From the NCBI GenBank assembly GCA_964406665.1, contig CAYOSQ010000003.1, positions 102,641-166,640 on the forward strand: DNA of 64,000 nucleotides, given 5' to 3'. Both the position numbers and the translations under genes were made by a program. Each line of letters starts with the position of its first letter. Positions within the stretch are counted from its first letter, which is position 1. This document shows, piece by piece, positions 1 through 10,024 of this stretch. The notes below the pieces were generated by a model. It did no database searches. It saw nothing but the letters and a program-made list of their open reading frames with translations, and had not been told where the DNA came from. The DNA is from an uncultured Planctomycetia bacterium. GTDB taxonomy: Bacteria; Omnitrophota; Gorgyraeia; VGKH01; JBHPFN01.

Positions 1-200
<200 letters not shown>

Positions 201-206
201 TAAATC

Positions 207-770
207 ATGATAGTTGTAATAGATAATTATGATTCTTTTACTTATAACTTAGTTCAGTATTTAGGAGAACTAGGCGAGGATCTAAAGATTTTCCGTAACG
301 ATAAGACTACGGTTGAAAAAATAAGAAAGCTAAAGCCTAAACAGATAATTATTTCTCCAGGCCCGGGTAGGCCAAAAGATGCTGGTATTTCAAAATCAGT
401 AATTAAGGAACTCTCCGGTAAGATACCTATTTTAGGTGTATGCTTAGGCCATCAATGTATCGGTGAGGTTTTCGGTGGAAAAATAATACAGGCGAAAAAG
501 CTTATGCACGGCAAGACATCTTTTATTTACCATAACAAAAAAACAATCTTTGAGAATCTTAAGAATCCTTTTGAAGCCACGAGATATCATTCTTTGGTTG
601 TAGATAAAAAGACATTTCCTAAATGTCTAGAAATCATCGCTCAAACCAAAGATAAAGAAATCATGGGGCTTAAGCATAAGACTTTACCGGTTTGGGGAGT
701 GCAGTTTCATCCGGAATCAATTTTAACCAAAGCAGGAAAAGATTTATTAAGGAATTTTTTAAAACAATGA
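207..770 (+). CDS. trpG: Anthranilate/aminodeoxychorismate synthase component II (glutamine amidotransferase)
   Basis: IDNYDSFTYN, SPGPG, GVCLGHQ, QFHPES motifs; upstream of trpD. Confidence 0.92.
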   Translation: MIVVIDNYDSFTYNLVQYLGELGEDLKIFRNDKTTVEKIRKLKPKQIIISPGPGRPKDAGISKSVIKELSGKIPILGVCLGHQCIGEVFGGKIIQAKKLMHGKTSFIYHNKKTIFENLKNPFEATRYHSLVVDKKTFPKCLEIIAQTKDKEIMGLKHKTLPVWGVQFHPESILTKAGKDLLRNFLKQ

Positions 771-1780
771 TTAACGAAATCAATAGTAAATTGAAAGAAA
801 AGTCGGATTTATCCGTTGAAGAAATTCAGAATGTCTTTAAGCAAATAATGAGTGGTAAGTTGGCAAAAGAAGACATTGTATCTTTTTTAATCGCATTGAA
901 AGAAAAAGGTGAAACCGCAGAAGAAATTTCTGGTGCAGCAAGCATTATGCGAGAATTTGCAAATAGGATAGATGATTTAAAAGTTGCGGCAGTCGATACT
1001 TGTGGAACCGGAGGAGATAACGCCGGGACGTTTAATATTTCTACTGTGAGTGCATTTGTTGTTGCAGGAGCAGGTCAATCAGTGGCTAAACATGGAAATC
1101 GCTCAGTATCCAGTAAGTGCGGAAGCGCTGATCTTCTCGAAGCTTTAGGGGTTAATATTTCTGTAGATAAAGAGATAGTAGCAAAATGCATTAATGAGAT
1201 CGGCATAGGATTTCTATTTGCTCGAAGTTTTCATCCGGCAATGAAATATGCTGCAGAAGCCAGGAAAGAGATTGCAACGCGTACTATATTTAATATCTTG
1301 GGCCCCCTTACTAATCCTGCCGGTACAAAGCATCAACTTTTAGGTGTATTTGATGCCAGTTTGACATTACCTATTTGCACAGCTTTGAAAAATCTGGGAC
1401 TAAGACATGCTATGGTAGTTCATGGAATGGATGGCTTAGATGAGGTAACAACCACTGCAGCAACAGCTGTGTGTGAGTTAAAAGATGAACAAATTAATAC
1501 TTATGATATATTTCCTGAAAATTTCGGAATCCCGAGAACATCTATGGATTTGTTAAAAAGTGATGGTGTAGAAGACAATGTTGCTATTGCTGAAGAAATC
1601 TTAGAGGGAAAAATCTCCGCAAAGCGAGACATAGTAGTTTTAAATGCCGCTTGTGCTCTCTATGTGGGAGATAAAGTTAAAGATATAAAAGAAGGAGTAA
1701 AATTAGCGTCTCATTCTATTGATTCGGGAAATGCCAGAAAGAAACTAGATTTGTTGCGTCAATATACCAAAAATAGCTGA
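767..1780 (+). CDS. trpD: Anthranilate phosphoribosyltransferase
   Basis: DTCGTGGD, NISTVSA, KHGNRSVSSKCGSAD; start moved to ATG 767 (ATGA overlap with trpG stop). Confidence 0.95.
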   Translation: MINEINSKLKEKSDLSVEEIQNVFKQIMSGKLAKEDIVSFLIALKEKGETAEEISGAASIMREFANRIDDLKVAAVDTCGTGGDNAGTFNISTVSAFVVAGAGQSVAKHGNRSVSSKCGSADLLEALGVNISVDKEIVAKCINEIGIGFLFARSFHPAMKYAAEARKEIATRTIFNILGPLTNPAGTKHQLLGVFDASLTLPICTALKNLGLRHAMVVHGMDGLDEVTTTAATAVCELKDEQINTYDIFPENFGIPRTSMDLLKSDGVEDNVAIAEEILEGKISAKRDIVVLNAACALYVGDKVKDIKEGVKLASHSIDSGNARKKLDLLRQYTKNS

Positions 1781-2562
1781 TGCATGATTTTTTATCAAAA
1801 ATAATCCAGGAAAAAAGGGATCATCTTGAAAAGCTTAAACAGCTTATTCCGGATATTGAATCAAAAGCAAAATCAAAAGATCCTCACAAAGATACATTAT
1901 TTAAAGATGCTTTATCTAATCAGAAGAAATTTAGCTTGATCGCTGAGATAAAGAAATCGTCTCCGTCAAAAGGTTTGATAAGAAAAGATTTCAACCCAGT
2001 GTCGCTAGCTAAGGCCTATGAAGGCTTTGGGGCAGATGCGCTTTCGGTTTTAACAGAAGCAAGCTTTTTTGAAGGGGATGTGTCGCATATAAAAGAAGTC
2101 AGCGGTGTTGTCGCGCTTCCTATTCTTCGGAAGGATTTTATAATAGATTCATATCAAATTTATGAATCTTTTTTAATTGGCGCTCGTGCTATTTTGTTGA
2201 TTGCAGCTATATTAACAGAAAAAGAACTTGATGATTTTATCTTACTTGCACAATCATTAGGGATTGATTGTTTGGTTGAGGTGCACAACAAAGAAGAATT
2301 AGGTAAAGCAATTAATACATCTGCAGAAATTATCGGAGTGAATAATCGTAATCTACGTACACTTGATGTTTCTTTGGATACTTCAAAAGAAATAATTCCT
2401 TTAATACCAAAAGATAAAATAATCGTTGCCGAAAGCGGTATCGCCACTAGGGAAGATATGGTTGTTTTGGAAAAGTTAGGTGTTGATGCGGTTTTAGTCG
2501 GAGAAGCACTGCTTAAAAGTGATAACATAGAAATAAAGATAAAAGAATTGATGGCATGGTAA
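1780..2562 (+). CDS. trpC: Indole-3-glycerol phosphate synthase
   Basis: IAEIKKSSPSKG, LSVLTE, LRKDFIID, GVNNRNL, ESGI. Confidence 0.96.
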   Translation: MHDFLSKIIQEKRDHLEKLKQLIPDIESKAKSKDPHKDTLFKDALSNQKKFSLIAEIKKSSPSKGLIRKDFNPVSLAKAYEGFGADALSVLTEASFFEGDVSHIKEVSGVVALPILRKDFIIDSYQIYESFLIGARAILLIAAILTEKELDDFILLAQSLGIDCLVEVHNKEELGKAINTSAEIIGVNNRNLRTLDVSLDTSKEIIPLIPKDKIIVAESGIATREDMVVLEKLGVDAVLVGEALLKSDNIEIKIKELMAW

Positions 2563-3230
2563 ATAAATCAAAAATACCTCCCTTAGGCAAAGCAAATTCC
2601 GGAAAAACCAGAGTTAAGGTTTGTGGTATAACTAATCTTAGTGATGCTAAGGTTGCAGTTGCTGCCGGCGTAGATGCCCTAGGGTTTATTTTTTATAGCA
2701 AAAGTAAGCGTTATATTGCTCCCCAAAAAGCAAAAGAGATAATTGTCCAGTTACCTAAATCGGTTAAGAAAGTTGGTGTATTCGTTAACTCTGACAAAAA
2801 ACGAGTTAGAAATATATTCAGATTATGCAAGCTGGACGTTTTGCAGTTTCACGGAGATGAATCTACTAAATATTGTAAGGATTTCAAGAATTATGCAGTT
2901 ATAAAAGCAATTCGAATTAAGAATCGCAGAAGCTTAGAGTGTATTGAGAATTATAAAGTTAGCTCTTTTATCTTGGATACGTTTGATAAAAGTAGGTTTG
3001 GTGGCACGGGCAAGATTTTTAAATGGGATTTAGTAAAAGAAATAAAGTGTTTCAATAGGCCGATTATTCTTTCCGGTGGTCTTACAGCTAATAATATTAA
3101 GGCTGCAATCAGACAAATAAAGCCGTATGCTGTAGATGCATCTTCCGGATTAGAAATCTCTCCGGGAAGAAAAGACCATAAACTTATAGAAAAGTTTGTT
3201 CGGGCTGCAAAGAATACAAAAATTACCTAG
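2556..3230 (+). CDS. trpF: Phosphoribosylanthranilate isomerase
   Basis: VKVCGIT, QFHGDES, GGTG..F.W, ILSGGL, VDASSGLE. Confidence 0.95.
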   Translation: MVNKSKIPPLGKANSGKTRVKVCGITNLSDAKVAVAAGVDALGFIFYSKSKRYIAPQKAKEIIVQLPKSVKKVGVFVNSDKKRVRNIFRLCKLDVLQFHGDESTKYCKDFKNYAVIKAIRIKNRRSLECIENYKVSSFILDTFDKSRFGGTGKIFKWDLVKEIKCFNRPIILSGGLTANNIKAAIRQIKPYAVDASSGLEISPGRKDHKLIEKFVRAAKNTKIT

Positions 3231-3251
3231 CCCCTGTCCATTTATTTCAAT

Positions 3252-4268
3252 ATGAAAAAAGATACTTTTTATTTTCAGTGGCATATAACAAATTTATGTA
3301 ACTTACGCTGTAAGCATTGTTATCAGGATGATTTTTCTTCTGATAATGAATTACAGTTTCCGCAACTTAAGATTGTTGCTAATAATATTTTTAATACGCT
3401 TAAGATGTGGAATAAAGATGCCTTGATAACAATAACCGGTGGAGAACCTCTGGTAAAGAAGGAAACCTTTGCACTGCTTGGTCACTTGAATAATTCCGAA
3501 GTAGTTAAAGAGCTTAATATAATTACTAACGCAACTTTGTTTGATAAAAAAACAGTTGATGGTTTAAAGTATATTCCTAAGCTTAAAAGAGTAAAATTTT
3601 CTCTTGAGGGGCTGACAGAGGAATCTAATGATTTCATTCGCGGAAAAGGCTCATTTAAAAGAATAATGAACACCTTAGAATTATTGCGGGCACAGGATCA
3701 TGTTAAGATTCATCTTATGTTTACTCTTATGAAAAGCAATATGAAAGATATTCCAAAATTATTTTCTTTCTGTATTAAAAATGGAATTCAGGGTGTTATA
3801 TTAGAGCGTTTTATTCCCATAGGAGAAGGGAAGCAAATAAAAGATGAAGTATTATCCAGCGAAGATTGGCGGGAAGTAGCTAATTTATTAATTGAGTTTT
3901 GTCAGCTCAATATTGAGGAAAAAGACATATTGAGTCAACGGGCTTTCTGGATAAAGTTTATTGAAGGAAGTCATCCAGAAGTATTGGGTGCTCCGTGTAC
4001 TGTTAGCTGTGATGGGCTTTGTGTTATGCCGGATGCTACAGTTTATCCCTGTAGAAGATTTAATCTACCAATTGGTAATCTACTTAAAGAAAAGCTTGAT
4101 GATATTTGGAGTAATTCAAAAGTTCTTAACGCAGTTAAGGAAAAGAAAAACTTAAAAGGAAAGTGCAGTTCTTGTGTAATTAATGATTGTCGGGGTTGTC
4201 GTGCTTTGGCTTATGCTTTAACCGATGATTATTTAGCCGAAGATCTGCAGTGCTGGTATAATGGCTGA
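3252..4268 (+). CDS. Radical SAM/SPASM domain protein
   Basis: CNLRCKHC, TGGEP, C-terminal YPC...CSSC..NDCRGCRA...C. Confidence 0.9.
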   Translation: MKKDTFYFQWHITNLCNLRCKHCYQDDFSSDNELQFPQLKIVANNIFNTLKMWNKDALITITGGEPLVKKETFALLGHLNNSEVVKELNIITNATLFDKKTVDGLKYIPKLKRVKFSLEGLTEESNDFIRGKGSFKRIMNTLELLRAQDHVKIHLMFTLMKSNMKDIPKLFSFCIKNGIQGVILERFIPIGEGKQIKDEVLSSEDWREVANLLIEFCQLNIEEKDILSQRAFWIKFIEGSHPEVLGAPCTVSCDGLCVMPDATVYPCRRFNLPIGNLLKEKLDDIWSNSKVLNAVKEKKNLKGKCSSCVINDCRGCRALAYALTDDYLAEDLQCWYNG

Positions 4269-5160
4269 AGGTAGTTATATTAATTTACATGCATGTGGAA
4301 AACTTACTGAATATAGAAAAATTCTGTATGAAATATTAAAGTCTTGCGAGCTTTGTGCTAGAAAATGCAAAGTTGACAGAACAAAAGGAGAGATAGGGTT
4401 CTGTCATTCTACCGATGAGTTAAAAGTTTCTAGCATCGGGCCTCATTTCGGCGAAGAGCCAGAGCTAATAGGAAGCCACGGTTCAGGAACTGTATTTTTA
4501 ACTAATTGTAATCTCGGCTGTGTTTACTGCCAAAATTACGATATTAGTCATTTAGGAAAAGGTGAAATAATATCTGCAAAAGAGCTAGCTATTAAATTGC
4601 TTTATTTGCAAAACATCGGTTGCCATAACATAAACTTTGTATCTCCTACCCACTTTTTACCGCAGGTTGTCGAAGCAGTTGAATATGCATGTCAGGATGG
4701 TTTGTGTATTCCCTTGGTATATAATTGCGGAGGATACGAAAATAAAGATATAATAAATTTGATTGAAGATGTTTTTGATATTTATATGCCTGATATAAAA
4801 TATTCAGATTGCATAAAATCCAAAGAATATTCTGCAGCCGAAGATTATTTTGATGTTGTTAAGGAAGTTATAAAAGAAATGCATAGGCAAGTGGGAGATC
4901 TTAATGTTCAAGATGGCATAGCCGTTAGGGGATTATTGGTAAGGCATTTAGTGCTTCCTAATAATGCGGCTGGTTCAAGAGAAGCGCTATCTTTTCTTGC
5001 AGAAGAAATTTCAAAAGAAACATATGTTAACATTATGGATCAATATCGACCAGTATACCAGGCGGATAAGTTTCTTGATATAGACCGAAGACCAGAACGT
5101 GAGGAGTTTGAAGCTGTTATCGAGATAGCTAAAGAGCTTGGTTTGCATCGCGGTTTTTAA
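4261..5160 (+). CDS. Radical SAM protein, PflX-like
   Basis: CELCARKC, HFGEEP, GSGTVF, CNLGCVYCQN, RHLVLP. Confidence 0.88.
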   Translation: MAEGSYINLHACGKLTEYRKILYEILKSCELCARKCKVDRTKGEIGFCHSTDELKVSSIGPHFGEEPELIGSHGSGTVFLTNCNLGCVYCQNYDISHLGKGEIISAKELAIKLLYLQNIGCHNINFVSPTHFLPQVVEAVEYACQDGLCIPLVYNCGGYENKDIINLIEDVFDIYMPDIKYSDCIKSKEYSAAEDYFDVVKEVIKEMHRQVGDLNVQDGIAVRGLLVRHLVLPNNAAGSREALSFLAEEISKETYVNIMDQYRPVYQADKFLDIDRRPEREEFEAVIEIAKELGLHRGF

Positions 5161-5175
5161 ATAAGGGGATTTAGT

Positions 5176-5757
5176 TTGACTGTATATTCAGCAGTTAAAA
5201 AAAGAAGAAGCATTAGAAGGTTTAAAAAAAAGCGTATCCCGTATTTTATTTTACGTAAATTAGTTGATGTGGCACGCCTAGCTCCGACAGCGGCAAATTT
5301 TCAACCTTTAGAGTTCGTCATCGTAGACAAAAAAAAGTTACTAGATGACGTATTCCAGCATCTTAGGTGGGCCGGGTATCTTAAGAAAAAAGGCGCCCCG
5401 GAAGAAGGTAGGCGACCGGTTGCCTATATTGTTGTATTGGTAAATAAGAATAGATGTAAGTTTCCGCAATATGTGCAGACAGATTTGGGTGCTGCTGCTG
5501 AAAATATTCTACTTACTGCTGTTGAGGAGGGTTTGGGAGCTTGCTGGATTGGTGCTATGGATAAAAAGAAAATTTCTGGAATTTTACAGTTACCAAAGTT
5601 CTTATCGGCAGAATATACTATTGCTTTGGGATATCCGGATGAGATCTCAAAAATTGAGGTTTTAAAAAGAAGTCATAAATACTATAAAGACAAAAACGCA
5701 GTTATGCATGTTCCTAAACGCAAAATTTCTGCTGTATTACATAGAAATGGTAGATAG
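5176..5757 (+). CDS. Nitroreductase family protein
   Basis: RRSIRRF, LAPTAANFQP, GLGACWIG, IALGYP. Confidence 0.9.
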   Translation: MTVYSAVKKRRSIRRFKKKRIPYFILRKLVDVARLAPTAANFQPLEFVIVDKKKLLDDVFQHLRWAGYLKKKGAPEEGRRPVAYIVVLVNKNRCKFPQYVQTDLGAAAENILLTAVEEGLGACWIGAMDKKKISGILQLPKFLSAEYTIALGYPDEISKIEVLKRSHKYYKDKNAVMHVPKRKISAVLHRNGR

Positions 5758-5774
5758 TTTTTTAAGGAGGAAAT

Positions 5775-6467
5775 GTGAAATTTAATTTTTATTCACGAAA
5801 ATCAATTACTCGTATAGCGATAATCGCCATTGTGGTTTTGTTGCTAGTATCAACAGTCTATTTTCCTAAAATTCGCTCGACAACACTTAATTTTTTAAGC
5901 ACGGTGTATCTTGTTAAGGGTAATATTGCTGTGAAAAAAGGGACTGTAGATAAGGGGATATCTTTTTATATGAGAGGTCTGGAGTTTAAACCTGAAGATG
6001 AAAGAATTTATAATCAGCTTTCCGTAGCTTTCCAGAAACAGCAACGCTATGGGGAATCAGTTAATGCTTCCGAAGAAGCAATAAGAATTAATCCTGAGTT
6101 TCTTCGCGCTTATATGAATCTGGCAGTTACATATCGTAAGATGGGGCATTATTTAGATTCTATCAAAGTTTGTAAACGTACGTTGGAAGTTTCTCCGGAT
6201 TTTGCTAAGGCATATTGTAGCATGGGTTGGGCTTATGAGGATATGGGCAATTATGATATGGCTATTGAATGTCATAAGAAGGCACTTAAAATGAAACCTA
6301 ACTATCATTATGCGCGTTATAGATTAGCATTATGTTATATTGAGATAAACGACAATAAAGCAGCCTTAAAAGAATATGAACTTCTTAAAGAAATGATGCC
6401 CCTTTTAGCCAAAGAGATAGCTGAAAAGATTTACGGAAAATTAGAGAAGACTGACTATTATCGGTAA
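5775..6467 (+). CDS. Membrane-anchored TPR protein
   Basis: N-terminal hydrophobic helix followed by several TPR-like repeats. Confidence 0.8.
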   Translation: MKFNFYSRKSITRIAIIAIVVLLLVSTVYFPKIRSTTLNFLSTVYLVKGNIAVKKGTVDKGISFYMRGLEFKPEDERIYNQLSVAFQKQQRYGESVNASEEAIRINPEFLRAYMNLAVTYRKMGHYLDSIKVCKRTLEVSPDFAKAYCSMGWAYEDMGNYDMAIECHKKALKMKPNYHYARYRLALCYIEINDNKAALKEYELLKEMMPLLAKEIAEKIYGKLEKTDYYR

Positions 6468-6480
6468 TTAAGGAGAAAAT

Positions 6481-6900
6481 ATGAAATCTTTTTACTGGGC
6501 ATTACTTACAGCACTTGTTTGGGGTATGGTTCCTTTATTAGAGAAAATGGGCATAGCTAAGACTACAGTAGCTACCGGAATATTTTTGCGTTGCACGGGG
6601 GTTCTTGTAGGGGTAATTCTGCTTATGATTTTCAAGTTTGAAGCTGTCAAAGGCGCATTTTCCGTAAATCCCAAAGCTGCTATATATATAATGGCTGGTG
6701 GGATAATGGCAAGTTTTATTGGTCAGATATTCTTTTATAAGGCTTTAAAACACGGGGAGCTTTCTAAAGCAGTTCCTGTAGCAGCCGCGTATCCGTTAGT
6801 TTCTTTTATTCTGGGGTTAATATTTTTGTCTGAAAAACTAACAGTAGCTAAATGTTTCGGCGTGTCTTTTGTTTTAGCTGGAATTATATTGCTTAAATAA
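6481..6900 (+). CDS. EamA/DMT family small transporter
   Basis: 5 TM helices, FYKALKHGELSKAVP, FLSEKLT. Confidence 0.85.
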   Translation: MKSFYWALLTALVWGMVPLLEKMGIAKTTVATGIFLRCTGVLVGVILLMIFKFEAVKGAFSVNPKAAIYIMAGGIMASFIGQIFFYKALKHGELSKAVPVAAAYPLVSFILGLIFLSEKLTVAKCFGVSFVLAGIILLK

Positions 6901-6924
6901 TAGTAATTTTAAACCGATTAAAGA

Positions 6925-7641
6925 ATGAGTAAAAAAGATAAATTAAAAAAAATTAGTTTTAAACAAATGAAAAGGACAATTCGTCTTTTAATAATTGTTA
7001 TTGTAATTTGTGCAGGTATTATTGTTTCTCATAATTTAATGCGATACTTTAACGAAAATAAAATCTTAAAAGAAGTTGTCTTAAGATTGCAGGCGGATTC
7101 GCGAATCGCCGAGATACTTGTTACCAACATTTATTATGATGAGGCGCAGAACAAAACTTTTACTACCATTAAGTTCTTAGAATATGATGCTAAGGGTAAT
7201 TCGCTGAAACCACGTTATTTTACACTTCCGGGAAATATAATACAGTTTCAGTCTCTGGTGATTAGGTTTGATGATTTTTTTGTAAAAGATAACGATCCGT
7301 TAAAGGGAAAGAGCGCGTATCTTTTCTGGAAAGTATTTGTGCTTGATGGGGTCAATACTGTATCTTACGATTTAACAAGGGTAAACGAGATACCACTTGG
7401 GTATAAGATAGAAGGTTTAGATAATTCTTTTGAGGAGAAATTGTGGCGAGAGTTTTGGATGTTTGCATTAGATTCTGAAAAGGCAAAGAATATGGGTATC
7501 AAAAATGCCCAGATTGAAGCGCCTGGTACAATGTTTATACCCGGAACAATTTATACAATAAGAATAGAGCATGACGGAGGAATGCGTATTGATGTTCGAC
7601 CTTTACCTGAAATTTTAAAGGGAGAGTCTATTCCTAAGTAG
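6925..7641 (+). CDS. Hypothetical membrane-anchored protein
   Basis: 238-aa ORF with one N-terminal TM, co-oriented with neighbours. Confidence 0.7.
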   Translation: MSKKDKLKKISFKQMKRTIRLLIIVIVICAGIIVSHNLMRYFNENKILKEVVLRLQADSRIAEILVTNIYYDEAQNKTFTTIKFLEYDAKGNSLKPRYFTLPGNIIQFQSLVIRFDDFFVKDNDPLKGKSAYLFWKVFVLDGVNTVSYDLTRVNEIPLGYKIEGLDNSFEEKLWREFWMFALDSEKAKNMGIKNAQIEAPGTMFIPGTIYTIRIEHDGGMRIDVRPLPEILKGESIPK

Positions 7642-7738
7642 AAATTGTATTCTTTTGTAAAAAAGGGAAGGGTAAAGATGGTTTTAAGTATTATAAAATT
7701 AACAATGCCCAGTAACAAAATTTAAAAAGGAGATAGAA

Positions 7739-8422
7739 ATGAGCAAAAGATTTACATTGGTTTTATTGATAATAACTTTTTCTTTTCTTCAAGGATGTTC
7801 TTTATTTATGGTAAAGGATAAGGCAAAACTGGAAAACCTTGAAGTTGAAGTAAGATATTTAAAAAATCAACTTGATAAGGTAACCGAAGAAAAAGATGCA
7901 GCTATTAATAGGCTACAAAGTGAAAAAACCAGAGAGATTACGAAGCTTGAAGAAGCAAAGTCAGAACTTGAGCGTTCTTTAATAAAAGAAATCGGTGAGT
8001 ATAAGGCGAAATTGGAAATGACTGAAAGAGGGCTAGTTATTACTTTTTTAACTGAGATTTTCTTTGATTCTGGAAAAGACGTGGTTCGCGATGAAGGTCA
8101 GGAGGTTCTTGCTAAAGTAGCGGAAGTTCTGAATTCTAACGTGCCAGATTCTTTTATCGCCGTAGAAGGGCATACTGATAATGTACCTATAAAATATTCC
8201 GGCTGGAGGTCAAACTGGGAGCTTTCATCTGCTCGAGCTTTAGCTGTGTTGCATTATTTAATTGAACAGGCTGAAGTAAAGCCCGAAAGACTCTCGGCAA
8301 ACGGATATGGAGAATATAGGCCTGTTGATTCTAATGAGGCAGAAGAAGGTCAACAGCAAAATAGACGAGTAGAAATCGTAATTTTACCAGAGAAGATAAA
8401 GAAGGTAAAATCTGAGGAATAG
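7739..8422 (+). CDS. OmpA/MotB-family peptidoglycan-binding lipoprotein
   Basis: Lipobox LQGC, coiled coil, EGHTDNVP, NWELSSARA, NRRVEI. Confidence 0.88.
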   Translation: MSKRFTLVLLIITFSFLQGCSLFMVKDKAKLENLEVEVRYLKNQLDKVTEEKDAAINRLQSEKTREITKLEEAKSELERSLIKEIGEYKAKLEMTERGLVITFLTEIFFDSGKDVVRDEGQEVLAKVAEVLNSNVPDSFIAVEGHTDNVPIKYSGWRSNWELSSARALAVLHYLIEQAEVKPERLSANGYGEYRPVDSNEAEEGQQQNRRVEIVILPEKIKKVKSEE

Positions 8423-8444
8423 CCGTAAGCTTAATAATACACTA

Positions 8445-9257
8445 ATGAGTTTATTTAAAAAGATTACCAGTTTACAGAATATAAGAATCAAAGAAGTTGC
8501 TAAATTACGGCAGAGAAAGTTTAGGGATATCTCTAGCTTAACTATTGTAGAAGGAGTAAGGGAAATATCCCAAGCATTAAAGGCAAATATCCGCATTCAG
8601 GAATTTTATTTCTGTAAAGATTGTATTTCTGGAAAAGAGAATGATGCATTAATCAGAAATATTTCTTCTTGTTGTAAAGCTGTGTTTGAAGTGTCTGATA
8701 AGGTATTTAAAAAAATTGCTTTTGGAGATAGACTTGAAGGTTGCCTTGCCGTTGTTAGGCCTTCAGTTTATAGTTTGGATAATTTAAAATTAGGAAAAAA
8801 TCCCTTTTTGGTTGTGGTCGAAAAAGTTGAAAAACCAGGGAATATCGGTGCAATATTAAGGACGTGTGATGCTGCTGGAGTTACAGGATTGATTATTTGT
8901 GATGCAGCCACAGACATATATAATCCTAATGTCATACGAGCAAGCCTGGGAGCTGTGTTTTCTGTCAAAGTTGTACAAGGTTTAAATCAGGAAGTATTCA
9001 AGTTTCTCAAAAGAAACAATATTTCAACATATGCTACTACTCCTTATTCTAGTTCATTGTATGCAGATGTTGATTTTACTAAACCTTCTGCCATTATTCT
9101 CGGTAGTGAGCAGGATGGTTTAACTGATTTTTGGCTTGAGAATTCAGATGAAAAGATAACAATTCCCATGAAGGGAAAAGTTGATTCTTTAAATGTTTCT
9201 GCGTCTGCGGCAGTAACAGTTTTTGAAGTTGTTCGTCAGAGAAGTTTTCTTAAATAA
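8445..9257 (+). CDS. TrmH/SpoU family RNA methyltransferase
   Basis: PGNIGAILRT, GSEQDGL, IPM.G.VDSLNVS. Confidence 0.92.
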   Translation: MSLFKKITSLQNIRIKEVAKLRQRKFRDISSLTIVEGVREISQALKANIRIQEFYFCKDCISGKENDALIRNISSCCKAVFEVSDKVFKKIAFGDRLEGCLAVVRPSVYSLDNLKLGKNPFLVVVEKVEKPGNIGAILRTCDAAGVTGLIICDAATDIYNPNVIRASLGAVFSVKVVQGLNQEVFKFLKRNNISTYATTPYSSSLYADVDFTKPSAIILGSEQDGLTDFWLENSDEKITIPMKGKVDSLNVSASAAVTVFEVVRQRSFLK

Positions 9258-9275
9258 ATTAATCGAGATATTTTT

Positions 9276-10013
9276 ATGAAACAGATTAGCCCTGAAAAAT
9301 TTGGATTGAGGTTGCAGGTTTTTTTGTCTCGTAGTGGAGTGTGTTCAAGAAGAGAAGCCTTGAAGTTTATACAAGAGGGGTGTGTTTCGTTAAACGGAAA
9401 GACTGAAAAAGAGCCGTCTACTTTGATAAATCCCGAAAAAGACGAGATTGTATTTCGTGGTAAGATTATTAAAGAAAAACCATACACTTATATTTTGCTT
9501 AATAAGCCAAAGGGGTTTGTTACGACCGTAGAAGATAGATATGCTAAGAAGACCGTTTTGGATTTATTGCCTGGTAAATTTCGCCATCTACGTCCAACAG
9601 GCCGGCTGGATAAAGATACCGAGGGATTGCTTTTATTAACAAATGACGGAGAGTTGATTTATAGGCTTACTCATCCTAGTTTTAATGTTGAAAAAACCTA
9701 CTTTGTGCGCGCAACTGGTCAGCTTAAGAATTCAAGTATAAGGCGTCTCGAGAGAGGAGTTAGAATAGAAAGGAAACTTACTCATCCGGCTAAAATATCG
9801 AGTGTTAGGTACTTAAAGAATAAGACTGAATTTCTTATTGTTATACATGAAGGCCGGAAAAGACAGATCCGCAGGATGGTTTCTATAGTTGGGCATAAGG
9901 TTTTGGATTTACGTAGAATTAAACAAGGGCCTTTAACTTTGAAACATTTAGAGCCTGGTAAGTGGAGGCTACTAAATAAACAAGAAATCCTAGAGCTTAA
10001 AGCAATACAGTAG
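9276..10013 (+). CDS. rRNA pseudouridine synthase (RsuA/RluB family)
   Basis: S4 domain, LNKPKG, GRLDKDTEGLLL, EGRKRQIRRM. Confidence 0.93.
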   Translation: MKQISPEKFGLRLQVFLSRSGVCSRREALKFIQEGCVSLNGKTEKEPSTLINPEKDEIVFRGKIIKEKPYTYILLNKPKGFVTTVEDRYAKKTVLDLLPGKFRHLRPTGRLDKDTEGLLLLTNDGELIYRLTHPSFNVEKTYFVRATGQLKNSSIRRLERGVRIERKLTHPAKISSVRYLKNKTEFLIVIHEGRKRQIRRMVSIVGHKVLDLRRIKQGPLTLKHLEPGKWRLLNKQEILELKAIQ

Positions 10014-10024
10014 CGCAATAATTT

